From Hyphomicrobiaceae bacterium (GTDB taxonomy: Bacteria > Pseudomonadota > Alphaproteobacteria > Rhizobiales > Hyphomicrobiaceae): a DNA stretch of 64,000 nt. Numbering within the stretch: position 1 is the stretch's first letter; the number at the start of each line of letters is the position of its first letter. Both the position numbers and the translations under genes were made by a program. The stretch covers positions 1,534,245 through 1,598,244 of the forward strand of contig CBDCUC010000040.1 of the NCBI GenBank assembly GCA_965222485.1, read 5' to 3'. The notes under the pieces are model-generated. The model was not told the DNA's origin, did no database searches, and saw nothing but the letters and a program-made list of their open reading frames with translations. This document shows, in pieces, positions 19,506 to 29,156 of this stretch.

Positions 19506-20761
19506 ATGGACCATGAAACCGATCCGATCTATCGCCTAGCGGCAAGTACCGCAGGAAGTATCGGGAACGATTTTCTTGCTGCGCTGGTGCGCGACCTTCA
19601 CGGCGTCATGCCCGTGCGCTTGGCAATGGTCACGCAATCACTTGGCGACCCGCCAACCCGCGTTCGCGCACTTTACAGTTGGAAAGACGGTGTGCTCGGA
19701 GCGCCGGTGGAGTACGACCTGGAGGGAACGCCGTGTCAGCTCGTCTACCGGGGCCAGACCGTCATCATACCGGAAGAGCTGGCGGTGAGATTTCCAAAAG
19801 AACAAGGGATTTGGAACAGCTACTGTGGCGTACCGCTTCGCAACCGGGCCCAAGTGGTCGTTGGGCACTTTGCCGTTATCTCCGACGGGATCATCACGCA
19901 CCTACAGCGGGTCGAAGGGATGGTCAAGATTTTCGGGCGCAGGGTTGAAGCGGAGCTTCAACGGATTGCTGACGATGAGGAACGGGACAGCTTGATCCAG
20001 CGACTGGGACAACAGCATTCGGCGGCCCGACAGAAAAGCCAGTTCATGTCGAAGGTGCTGGGCATGGTGGCGCACGATTTACGCAATCCATTAGCGTCGG
20101 TTGTCAGTCGAACTGAGCTTATCCAAGCGCTCATCGTAAAATTGCAGGGTGGGAGTGATCAGATTCGGTTCGACGGCAAATTATCCGAGTCGACCGATGC
20201 CATACTGCGTTCGGCTAGCCGCATGGAGACGATGATCCACGATCTTATCGATGCGGCCCGAAGAGAAACCACTGAGATCAGCCTCAATGTAGCGGAGTTT
20301 CCATTGAGCAGAGCCGTTGCGTCGGCCATCCAACTGCATGAGGAGTATGCCGGGCGTAAGGCCTTGCGCATTGAGGCCGACCTTGATGAACAGTTGCGGA
20401 TCAGCGCCGATGAAGATCGGCTGATTGAAGCGGTGGGCAACCTTCTCAGCAATGCCATCAAGTATTCGTCGCGTGATGCTCTCATTCGTGTGAGCTGCCG
20501 GGCGGCTGCGGAGGCGATGACGTGGAGATCGTTGTTGCAGATGAGGGGCAGGGTATGACCGAAGAGGACATAGCTTCTGCGTTCAAGGTCTTCAGGACCC
20601 TGTCTGCCCGACCAACGGATGGTGAATCCTCGACCGGTCTCGGGCTGGCAATTGTTAAAACGATTGCGGAGGCGCACGGCGGATCAGTGCGCGCGGAAAG
20701 CAAAGGCCGGGATCAGGGAACGATAATGACGCTGCGGCTGCCTGTAAGTTTCGGCCCTTAG
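19506..20761 (+). pseudogene. GAF-domain sensor histidine kinase interrupted by a one-base frameshift between the N box and G1 box
   Basis: ORF 19506-20558 encodes a GAF-like sensor, HisKA (MVAHDLRNPLASV) and the HATPase N box (LLSNAIKYS). It then runs into the wrong frame. ORF 20522-20761, one base out of phase, continues VEIVVADEGQGM (G1) and STGLGLAIV (G2). The frames rejoin sensibly around 20497-20512 (CCGGGCGGCTGCGGAGG). This could be a genuine pseudogene or a homopolymer sequencing error. Confidence 0.5.
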
Positions 20762-20905
20762 ATACAATTGGGCTTTGTTGACCTGAGTGAGTCTTCTTTT
20801 CTGTGTCGCGCATTTGCGACGCAATCACAAAGCGCGAGCCCCTGCATTGGTTTTCGGTTAGACTTTCACCAGTTGAAGTGTCGGCTCTTGGGAAGGTGGG
20901 TAGTA

Positions 20906-22099
20906 ATGAGCAAGAGTGCAATCGACGCCGTGTTGAGCGATGCCGTTTCGCGCAAGGATGTACCGTTTGTGGTTGCGATGGTGGGCAACCGGAATGGCGT
21001 GACCTATTCAGGTGCAGCGGGTGAAGCGGCAGAGGGCCGCGCAGCGCAAGAAGACACCGTGTTCCGAATCTTTTCCATGACCAAGGGTGTGGGTGGGCTG
21101 GCCGCGATGATTTTGATCGAGCGCGGAAAGATGGATTTTGAAACACCGGTGGAGGAGATCTTGCCGGAGTTCGGTGAGCTTCAGGTTCTGGATGGCTTTG
21201 AAGGTGATAAGCCGGTCCTACGGCAGCCAAAGTGCAAGGCAACGCTGCGTCAGCTTGCGACCCATACGAGTGGACTGGAGTATGAGTTCTGGAATGCGGA
21301 CGTTGCGCGATACATGGAAGTGACGGAGCACCCCACTATTTTTACGGGCACCAGGGCCTCACTGAATTATCCTTTGATGACCGACCCCGGGACGCGCTGG
21401 GGCTATGGCCCGGGCATGGATTGGCTTGGGCAGGTTGTCGAAAAAGTCGATGGCCGGCGCATCGATAAATTTTGCCAGGAAGAGATTTTCGACCCGCTTG
21501 GCATGATGAGCACGGCGTTTGAGGTGAGTGAAAAGTTGGAGCCGAGATTGTCATCTGTCTCGGTGCGTGGCGAGGATGGCGTATTGGTGCCGACCGAATT
21601 TGCGCCACAGCCAAATCCGGAAGTCTATTGCATGGGGCATGCGCTTTATTCGTCCGTTCCTGATTACCTGCGATTCTTGCGAATGTTTCTCAATGGGGGC
21701 GAACTCGATGGCAGGCGTCTTTTGAGCGCAAAGAGTGTGAAGCGCATGCTGGCTGATCAGATGAATGGTCTAACGTTTCAGAAAATGGTGAGTGTTGCGC
21801 CGGCGGCGACGGGAGATTGCGATCCGTTTCCCGGCATCCGGCGTACACATAGTTTTGGGTTCTTTAGAACAGAGGAAGATGTGCCAGGCATGCGCGCGGC
21901 AGGCTCGCAATCCTGGGCAGGTGTTCTGAACACACATTTCTGGCTAGACCCGACGAACGACATTGCCGGCGTGATTATGACCCAGTCGCTCCCCTTTCTC
22001 GATTCACGCTTCATGCAGGTGTTTGAGGCTTATGAGCGCGCGGTCTATGCAGGGTCGGGCGGTGCACTTGGGTTCGTCAGGCGTCTGTTTGGCAAGTAG
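20906..22099 (+). CDS. serine hydrolase, beta-lactamase/esterase (class C-like) family
   Basis: FSMTKGVGG carries the SxxK active-site motif, and length and context fit PF00144-like esterases. ATG 20906 is preceded by GGAAGGTGGG. The upstream 46 codons of the listed ORF look non-coding. Confidence 0.8.
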   Translation: MSKSAIDAVLSDAVSRKDVPFVVAMVGNRNGVTYSGAAGEAAEGRAAQEDTVFRIFSMTKGVGGLAAMILIERGKMDFETPVEEILPEFGELQVLDGFEGDKPVLRQPKCKATLRQLATHTSGLEYEFWNADVARYMEVTEHPTIFTGTRASLNYPLMTDPGTRWGYGPGMDWLGQVVEKVDGRRIDKFCQEEIFDPLGMMSTAFEVSEKLEPRLSSVSVRGEDGVLVPTEFAPQPNPEVYCMGHALYSSVPDYLRFLRMFLNGGELDGRRLLSAKSVKRMLADQMNGLTFQKMVSVAPAATGDCDPFPGIRRTHSFGFFRTEEDVPGMRAAGSQSWAGVLNTHFWLDPTNDIAGVIMTQSLPFLDSRFMQVFEAYERAVYAGSGGALGFVRRLFGK

Positions 22100-22116
22100 G
22101 CGTTATATTACCGTTA

Positions 22117-22725
22117 TCAGGAGTTGTTTTGAAGAGCCCAAGCCACGGCCTGTTCGAGTCGATCGTCGCCCCAGAAGATGTCGCCGTCTTCAGTGATAAA
22201 GCTCGGTGCTCCGAAAATGCCGAGCCATCGGGCTTCTCTTGTGCGATTACGTAGTTGTTCTTTGATGCTTTGGTCGTTTTGCGCGCGCTCCATAATTTCT
22301 TGCCCGTTTTGCCCGATCCCGTCGAGTAGCCCGGCCAGGAGTGCTGGATCGGAAATTTGTGCGCCGTGGGCGAACTGTGCGTCGTAGACGCTCCTCGTGA
22401 AGGCAGGTCCCCAGGGGGTATCCGCTCCCATTGTTGCAATGCGGGCAGCTAGCAGTCCGTTCTGAGGAAATGGGTCAGGCCTGCTTATTTTGGGCAGGCC
22501 ATAGGCCTCAGCCTGGCGCGCCAAGTCGCGCCACATGTAATCACCCTTAGCGGAGTAGATGTTGAACGGCGAGGTGTCCCAGCCTTGATCTTTGAAGATC
22601 GGACCAAGCAGGAATGGGCGCCAGACCAATGCGACTCCTGCCTTGCGGCACACATCTTCGATACGCATGGCTGTAAGGTAAGAGTAGGTCGAGGCAAACT
22701 CGTACCAGAATGTCAACTTTGGCAT
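22117..22725 (-). CDS. 2-hydroxychromene-2-carboxylate isomerase / DsbA-like thioredoxin-fold protein
   Basis: MPKLTFWYEFASTYSYL...RPFLLGPIFK...WGPAF is characteristic of the HCCA isomerase (DsbA-like) family. An internal ATG at 22725 is the likely start. Confidence 0.7.
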   Translation of the reverse strand: MPKLTFWYEFASTYSYLTAMRIEDVCRKAGVALVWRPFLLGPIFKDQGWDTSPFNIYSAKGDYMWRDLARQAEAYGLPKISRPDPFPQNGLLAARIATMGADTPWGPAFTRSVYDAQFAHGAQISDPALLAGLLDGIGQNGQEIMERAQNDQSIKEQLRNRTREARWLGIFGAPSFITEDGDIFWGDDRLEQAVAWALQNNS

Positions 22726-22874
22726 GTGCACCCCATTTCCTGCGTTCACAAATCTGCCTCTGGACGCGCTCCGCGTCAAAGGTGCGCGCGGGTCGGAATG
22801 CTATCGTTGCGGCAATAACGCAAACGGCTTTGCGATCCTACTTGACGACGGGTGTCATTCGCCCCTTATCTCAA

Positions 22875-23325
<451 letters not shown>

Positions 23326-23381
23326 TGCGCCGAACGGGAGGGGAGCTGTGTTTCAGCTCCCCTGTTGTGTGTATGGTCCCG

Positions 23382-23873
23382 TTAGTTGGGCAACAGAACC
23401 TTGTCAATGACATGGATGACGCCATTATCCGCAGTGACGTCAGCGGAAATCACATTGGCTTCGTTGACAGTGACGCCATCTGCAGTTTTTGTCACCTTCA
23501 GCGTGTTGGCGTCGCCGTTCAGCGAGCGAACGGGAATCTTCTTGTGCGGTAGCATGTCGGAACTGAGTTTGCGGCCGACGACATGATACGTCAGGATTGC
23601 AACAAGCTGCTCCTTGTTCTCCGGCTTCAGAAGGTTCTCAACCGTACCTGCGGGAAGCTTTTCAAACGCTTCATCGGTTGGTGCAAATACCGTGATGGGT
23701 CCGTCGCCTGTTAAAGCGCCGACAAGTCCTGCCGCCTTGGCGGCGGCAATGAGCGTGTTGAATTTTCCAGCGTTCTGGGCTGTTTCAACGACGTTAGCGG
23801 CACTGACACTGGTGGTCGAAATTGTGAACGCAACAAGCGTTGCGCCAAGCCATTGGATGGGTCTCATGATCAT
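23382..23873 (-). CDS. fasciclin (FAS1) domain secreted protein
   Basis: Signal peptide, then TVFAPTDEAFEKLPAGTVENLL...LTYHVVGRKL...LKVT...NGVIHVIDKVLLP, the classic FAS1 H1/H2 blocks. Confidence 0.8.
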   Translation of the reverse strand: MIMRPIQWLGATLVAFTISTTSVSAANVVETAQNAGKFNTLIAAAKAAGLVGALTGDGPITVFAPTDEAFEKLPAGTVENLLKPENKEQLVAILTYHVVGRKLSSDMLPHKKIPVRSLNGDANTLKVTKTADGVTVNEANVISADVTADNGVIHVIDKVLLPN

Positions 23874-24114
23874 TTATCCTGTCTGTTTGATCGTAGCGTT
23901 GAACGCATACTGTGACGTTCGCTCTCGAAACGGCCATACAGGAATTCCGGACCACAGGAATTTTATTAAGAAAAATGCACGAACTTCACACGCCTGTGAG
24001 TTTCGCACTTAGAAATGAATTCGGTTGATCGCTCGCTCGGTGTGAGGCCTGGGGGCGGTGTTGTCCGGTGCTGTTTGCTACGTCCAGCACCGTCTCCAAG
24101 CTCTCTTTGCCAAT

Positions 24115-24534
24115 TTACAGATAACCGAGGAGTTTGAGTGCAATCGCAAGAATGCAGGTCAGTGCGGCAACGTAAGTGAGTGTCCGCAGGACGGGGATTC
24201 CAGCGACATAGATGAAGTAGTAGGCGAGGCGGATAAAGAAGTAGTACTGGGTGGCAATGGCGACAAACTCGTTGCCGATGTTGGTGACGTGCGCGGTTAA
24301 GACCAGAGCGGCAAGGACGGGCAGGCTCTCTAGTGCATTCTGATGTGCCGCATACGAGCGCCGCGCCCAAACAGCGGGCTGCTCCTCTGGTTGCAGGAAG
24401 CCGCCGGTTCCGTAGTTCGAATAGCCCAAAGCGGGCAAGAGTCCGACCCTGAGGACGCGTTCAACCACGTACGGCAGCGAAAACAGCACCGTGGCAACGG
24501 CGGACAGTGTCAACCAATAAAGTGCATCAGTCAC
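24115..24534 (-). CDS. MAPEG-family integral membrane protein
   Basis: A 139 aa protein with four predicted TM helices. The ...RRSYAAHQNALESLPVLAALVL... region fits MAPEG. Confidence 0.55.
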   Translation of the reverse strand: MTDALYWLTLSAVATVLFSLPYVVERVLRVGLLPALGYSNYGTGGFLQPEEQPAVWARRSYAAHQNALESLPVLAALVLTAHVTNIGNEFVAIATQYYFFIRLAYYFIYVAGIPVLRTLTYVAALTCILAIALKLLGYL

Positions 24535-24861
24535 GATAAATTCTCCCCTTACTTTGACATCATGTTTCTTGTTTCAAGGAAAAAGTCATCACGTCTTTTC
24601 CGGGGAGCAATGCTACAGTCAAACCACTCGCTGTACAGTCCGTGGTTTCCAGGCGGCCGGGTGAAACCTGTTCCTGTTGAATTGGTGGGCACATTCGTGG
24701 AAGCTCAAGGTTGCTTGTTGGTCTGAACGGCTTTGCTTGCGCGATTGGATGCAAATCTTGGGGTGGGGTGCATCGGCTTCTGGGAACTTCTTGGATGAGT
24801 TCGCGTGCAGGCCAATGATTGGCTTATCGATTTCGGAATACGCTTTTACCAGGGGGTCGCC

Positions 24862-25593
24862 ATGTCAAAAGAGATTGCTCTCATTGTGGGTGTCGGTGCA
24901 CGAGAGGGTCTTGGTGCATCGCTATGCATGCGTGCTGCGAGGGAGGGATGTCACGTTGTTGTGGCGGGCCGAACGCAAGCCAAGCTCGATGAAATTGTCT
25001 CAGATATCGTGACGTCGGGCGGTGCAGCAAGTGCTCACGCTTTGGATGTGACGCTTGAATCCGATGTCGAGAAATTATTTGGTGCGGTTGATGCCATGGA
25101 TGGCGATCTGGATTTTGTGGTCTACAACGTCGGCAATGCCTTTGTGCATGATAGCCTGACAATGAGTGCCGAGTTTTTCGAGCAGGCTTGGCGGACGTGC
25201 TGCTTAGGTGGGTTCCTTACAGGTCGAGAGGTTGGCCGGCGTTTGGCGGAGCGGGGTAAGGGCACGATCGTGTTTACAGGCGCCACCGCGTCCATCCGTT
25301 CCCGCGGCCCCTACATGGCATTTGCGTCCGGAAAGGCGGGATTGCGCGCTGTGGCGTCGGCCCTTGCGCGCGAACTTGGCCCCAAAGGTGTGCATGTCGC
25401 GCATACCATCATAGATGGTTCCATTGATGGCGAAAGGATCAACTCGCGCGTACCGGACCTTAAGGCAAAGCTGGGTGAAGAGGGAATGCTCAAACCCGAT
25501 GCGATCGCGGACGCCTATTGGCAGCTGCATCGCCAGCATCCGTCTGCGTGGACGTTCGAGTTTGATTTGCGGCCTGCGATCGAGAAGTTCTGA
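24862..25593 (+). CDS. SDR-family short-chain dehydrogenase/reductase
   Basis: ALIVGVGAREGLGAS is a TGxxxGxG-like cofactor site. An NVGNA-like block and catalytic YxxxK context are present. ATG 24862 is preceded by a GGGGG RBS-like run. Confidence 0.8.
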   Translation: MSKEIALIVGVGAREGLGASLCMRAAREGCHVVVAGRTQAKLDEIVSDIVTSGGAASAHALDVTLESDVEKLFGAVDAMDGDLDFVVYNVGNAFVHDSLTMSAEFFEQAWRTCCLGGFLTGREVGRRLAERGKGTIVFTGATASIRSRGPYMAFASGKAGLRAVASALARELGPKGVHVAHTIIDGSIDGERINSRVPDLKAKLGEEGMLKPDAIADAYWQLHRQHPSAWTFEFDLRPAIEKF

Positions 25594-25674
25594 GACGCGC
25601 GGCATTGGGGTTCGTCAAAGGATTGCGCCAAGATGAGAGCATTGCATGCGGCCGTCGGCATGATCCCAGCCTCG

Positions 25675-27651
25675 TTAGCTCAATTCAGGCAGGTCGCGGA
25701 ACTCAGCAAGAGCCTCCGGGTTGGCCAGCGCCTCTTTGTTCTTGACCTCGCGGCCCATCACAACATCGCGAACTCCGAGTTCTGATATCTTGCCGGAACG
25801 GGTGCGAGGGATGTCAGAGACTTCAATTACCTTCGCCGGAACGTGGCGAGGGGAGGCGCCCTGCCTGATTTGCTGTTTGACGCGATCGACCAGCTCCGGT
25901 GTCAGTCGTTCACCCTGCTTTAAAACTACGAACAGAACGACACGAACGTCATTTTCCCAGGGCTGCCCGATGACGATGCTTTCCTGAATTTCTGGCAGCT
26001 TTTCCACCTGGCGATAGATCTCTGCTGTACCGATGCGAACACCTCCGGGGTTCAGCGTTGCGTCGGAACGACCATGTATGATCATGCCGCCATGCTTGCT
26101 CCATTCGGCGAAGTCGCCGTGATGCCAGAGGCCCGGGAACCGCGTGAAATAGGCGTCTTCATAGCGTCGTCCATCTTCGTCTTGCCAGAAGCCTATCGGC
26201 ATTGAGGGGAAGGCGTTGCGGCAGACGAGTTCACCTTTTCCCGACGCCATGTGCTGGCCGTCTTCGTCAGCCACGTCTACGGCCAGCCCCAATCCGGCTC
26301 CTTGAATTTCGCCGCGCCAAACGGGTTTCAAAGGATTGCCGAGAACGAAGCATCCACAGATGTCGGTGCCGCCGGAGATCGAGGCCAGATGAAGGTCGCT
26401 CTTGATGCTTGTGTAGATGTAGTCGAAATCCTCCGGTGATAATGGTGAACCCGTCGACAAGAGCATTCGCAGAGTTGAAAGGTCGTGTGTGCGTACCGGC
26501 TCCAGGCCGTTCTTATGAATTGTGCTAAGGTATTTTGCTGACGTCCCGAAGTGTGTGAACTTTTCTTTTTGTGCAAAGTCCCAAAGAATATTTCCATCAC
26601 GGATGAGCGGATTGCCATCGTAAAGCATGAGCGTGGCTCCGGCCGCGAGTCCGGAAACGAGCCAGTTCCACATCATCCACCCAACGGTCGCGAAGTAGAA
26701 TAAGCGGTCGCCCGGCCTTACATCCGAATGAAGGATCACTTCGCTCAAGTGCTTCATGAGAATACCACCCGCTGAGTGCACAATGCATTTGGGTACGCCG
26801 GTGGTGCCCGATGAAAACAAAATGTAAATCGGGTGAGAGAATGGTAGCTGCTGATAGTTTGGTTCGCAGGCCGGGCGTGCTGCTATCGCCTCGTCCCAGG
26901 TGGCGACGTCCAGGTTGCGCTCCGCAAATTCGCCCTTGAGTTTTTCGGTCAGTTCGGCGGCCTGCCCCAGATACGAAATCACAACAACGTGCTCAACGCT
27001 TGGCAGCTCGCGTATAACGGATGCGGCTTTCTCAGAAATATCGATCGTTTTGCCGCCGTAATAGTACCCGTCGCAGATGAGCAGGGCGCGCGGGGCGATT
27101 TGTCCAAGCCGATCAAGTATTCCCTGGGGCCCGAAGTCGGGCGAGCATGAGGACCAGGTGGCCCCTTGGGCGGCACACCCCAGAATGGAGACAATTGTCT
27201 CAGGCATGTTGGGAAGCACGGCGCCAACACGATCCTTCGATGTCAGTTCTGCGTCATCAAGCCATGATTGGAAACGCCCCACTGTGTGACGAAGTTCGTC
27301 CCAGGAAAGGGACGATTTGACTTTGTCCTCGCCCCAGAAAACCACGGCTTTTTCTGGTCCGCGCGTGCGCAATGCGTTTTCAGCATAATTCAGCTTGCCG
27401 GTTGGAAAGAACTGCGCCTTGCTTAATCGATCATCCTGTTTCAGCCAGGGTTGCTCGCCTTTTGATCCGATGACGCCATTGTAGTCCCATAAGGCGCTCC
27501 AGAACGCTGCGGGCTCAGTAATCGAGTACTGATAGAGGGCGTCGTAATCTGAAATGTTTTGATCGGTGATGCGTGCGATGGCGGGAATGCAGGATGAAAG
27601 GTTGGAGCTTTCTTTGTGTGCTTCGCTGGGTTCCCACAGTGGCTTGGGCAT
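25675..27651 (-). CDS. acetoacetyl-CoA synthetase (acetoacetate--CoA ligase)
   Basis: A 658 aa adenylate-forming enzyme. N-terminus ...ITEPAAFWSALWDYNGV..., AMP-binding motif FSSGTTGVPKCIVHS and C-terminal SGKISELGVRD are all typical of AacS. Confidence 0.85.
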   Translation of the reverse strand: MPKPLWEPSEAHKESSNLSSCIPAIARITDQNISDYDALYQYSITEPAAFWSALWDYNGVIGSKGEQPWLKQDDRLSKAQFFPTGKLNYAENALRTRGPEKAVVFWGEDKVKSSLSWDELRHTVGRFQSWLDDAELTSKDRVGAVLPNMPETIVSILGCAAQGATWSSCSPDFGPQGILDRLGQIAPRALLICDGYYYGGKTIDISEKAASVIRELPSVEHVVVISYLGQAAELTEKLKGEFAERNLDVATWDEAIAARPACEPNYQQLPFSHPIYILFSSGTTGVPKCIVHSAGGILMKHLSEVILHSDVRPGDRLFYFATVGWMMWNWLVSGLAAGATLMLYDGNPLIRDGNILWDFAQKEKFTHFGTSAKYLSTIHKNGLEPVRTHDLSTLRMLLSTGSPLSPEDFDYIYTSIKSDLHLASISGGTDICGCFVLGNPLKPVWRGEIQGAGLGLAVDVADEDGQHMASGKGELVCRNAFPSMPIGFWQDEDGRRYEDAYFTRFPGLWHHGDFAEWSKHGGMIIHGRSDATLNPGGVRIGTAEIYRQVEKLPEIQESIVIGQPWENDVRVVLFVVLKQGERLTPELVDRVKQQIRQGASPRHVPAKVIEVSDIPRTRSGKISELGVRDVVMGREVKNKEALANPEALAEFRDLPELS

Positions 27652-27977
27652 TTAGAGGTGTTTCCGAACAGTGTTGAACCGAATTAGTCTGAACCCGCGA
27701 CGCACGTGATATCTGGCGCGGGAGTTCACAATTTAATCTTCCATGAGAAATGAGAAGGGTGCAACTTTGGGGCGTGCGCTTTGCACGTTGAAAGGCACGC
27801 AGCCAACATGATTGATCGTGCAAGACGAAGCTAATCGCCTTGCCTTATAGATTTCTCGCAAAGAGATTGGCTCCAAAATAAATCAGAGGCGGCCCGCAAG
27901 TGTCGCATTTTTGGACGCTGAGCCTGTGCTTTGGTGCCATCGCACCGCTGTCAGCAACACCGTCGACCAACGGTGCT

Positions 27978-28874
27978 TTAATTTGACGTCGTTTCTTTCG
28001 GCAGCAGATTGGCGAGAATGCGCAACAACTGGACCCCGGCCAGAGCGGCAATAATCGCGGCGGCGAGGCCAAGCCAAAGGAACGTGTAGTATTTGGCTGT
28101 GAACACGAATGCGACAAGGATGCGTCTCGCGAATGAGACGTTGCGTATAGCCGCTTTCTTCTCGGCCAGCAGGACTTTGACGGTGACAAACTCATTCTCG
28201 GCATCGAAGTCACCCAGGCTGACCCCAAGCTTCTGAATCTCTTGCTCCGACTCAAGGATGCGTCGTTCTAACTCGATCATGTCGCGAATTTCACCTTCGC
28301 GCTGCTTGAGCTCCGTGAGTGAGGCGCGCGCCTTCTCCAACGATACTCTTTTCGCCTGGAGCTGGCGGTATTCATTCGTTTTGTCGGACTTGTTGATGGT
28401 GAGTTCAGTGAGCTTGCCGTAGGTCTGTATCTCGTCGACGAACTCATCGAATTGGGCTGGATTCACGCCAATAGCGAGCCGTAAGAGCCGGCGGCCTTTC
28501 AGGCCCTGACGCTGCTCGAACTGAATGAGAGCGGATGATTTTTTGATTAGCGTACGGACACGGGCCTCGTCGTCGTCAAATTTGTCTGTGCGCAAACCAA
28601 TGTTGGCGACCTTTTCGTATTTCTGGTCAGTCGTCGTTGCTGGCGTGGCGCTCTGGCCAGAGCTGTGCATTGAGAGCACGCCAATTTTTTTGGAGGCGTA
28701 GTTTTTCAAGCCTGAGGCGAAGTCCCAGCCCTGCGAAATCATGCCGTCCACTCGGCCGGATTGAATCTGTACGCCGTCCGGGCTTTGCAGGTAGCCGTAG
28801 CCAAGGCGCAGAAAAAAGACGAGCAAGAAGCCAGTGACAAACAGGATGATGGTTGTACGGATGGTTTTTGGCAT
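27978..28874 (-). CDS. membrane protein with central coiled coil, DUF4349-like
   Basis: N-terminal TM helix, coiled-coil middle (EKARASLTELKQREGEIRDMIELERRILESEQEIQKL) and a C-terminal pair of TM helices. Family name is from memory. Confidence 0.5.
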   Translation of the reverse strand: MPKTIRTTIILFVTGFLLVFFLRLGYGYLQSPDGVQIQSGRVDGMISQGWDFASGLKNYASKKIGVLSMHSSGQSATPATTTDQKYEKVANIGLRTDKFDDDEARVRTLIKKSSALIQFEQRQGLKGRRLLRLAIGVNPAQFDEFVDEIQTYGKLTELTINKSDKTNEYRQLQAKRVSLEKARASLTELKQREGEIRDMIELERRILESEQEIQKLGVSLGDFDAENEFVTVKVLLAEKKAAIRNVSFARRILVAFVFTAKYYTFLWLGLAAAIIAALAGVQLLRILANLLPKETTSN

Positions 28875-29156
28875 GGGGTGCGGCCTTTTTTCGGGCAGTT
28901 GCTGGGCGCGCGACGTTTTCTGCCGAATTGGCCGATTTTGAGGGGATTAAGCGGCCCCGTGGCGGCATTTTGGAGATGTGCGCAAGTGTGGCCGTAAATC
29001 GTCACATCAATTCAAATGCGCACTAACAGGTTCCGTAACGGTTGGATCAACCGGCGGAATTGTTGCGTCCGCGCAGAATCTCCTTCTACAAACAACTATA
29101 GAATAAAGAACCTTGGCCTGCGTGATGGCGGAAGGGCCGAGTGAGGGGAACGGGGC

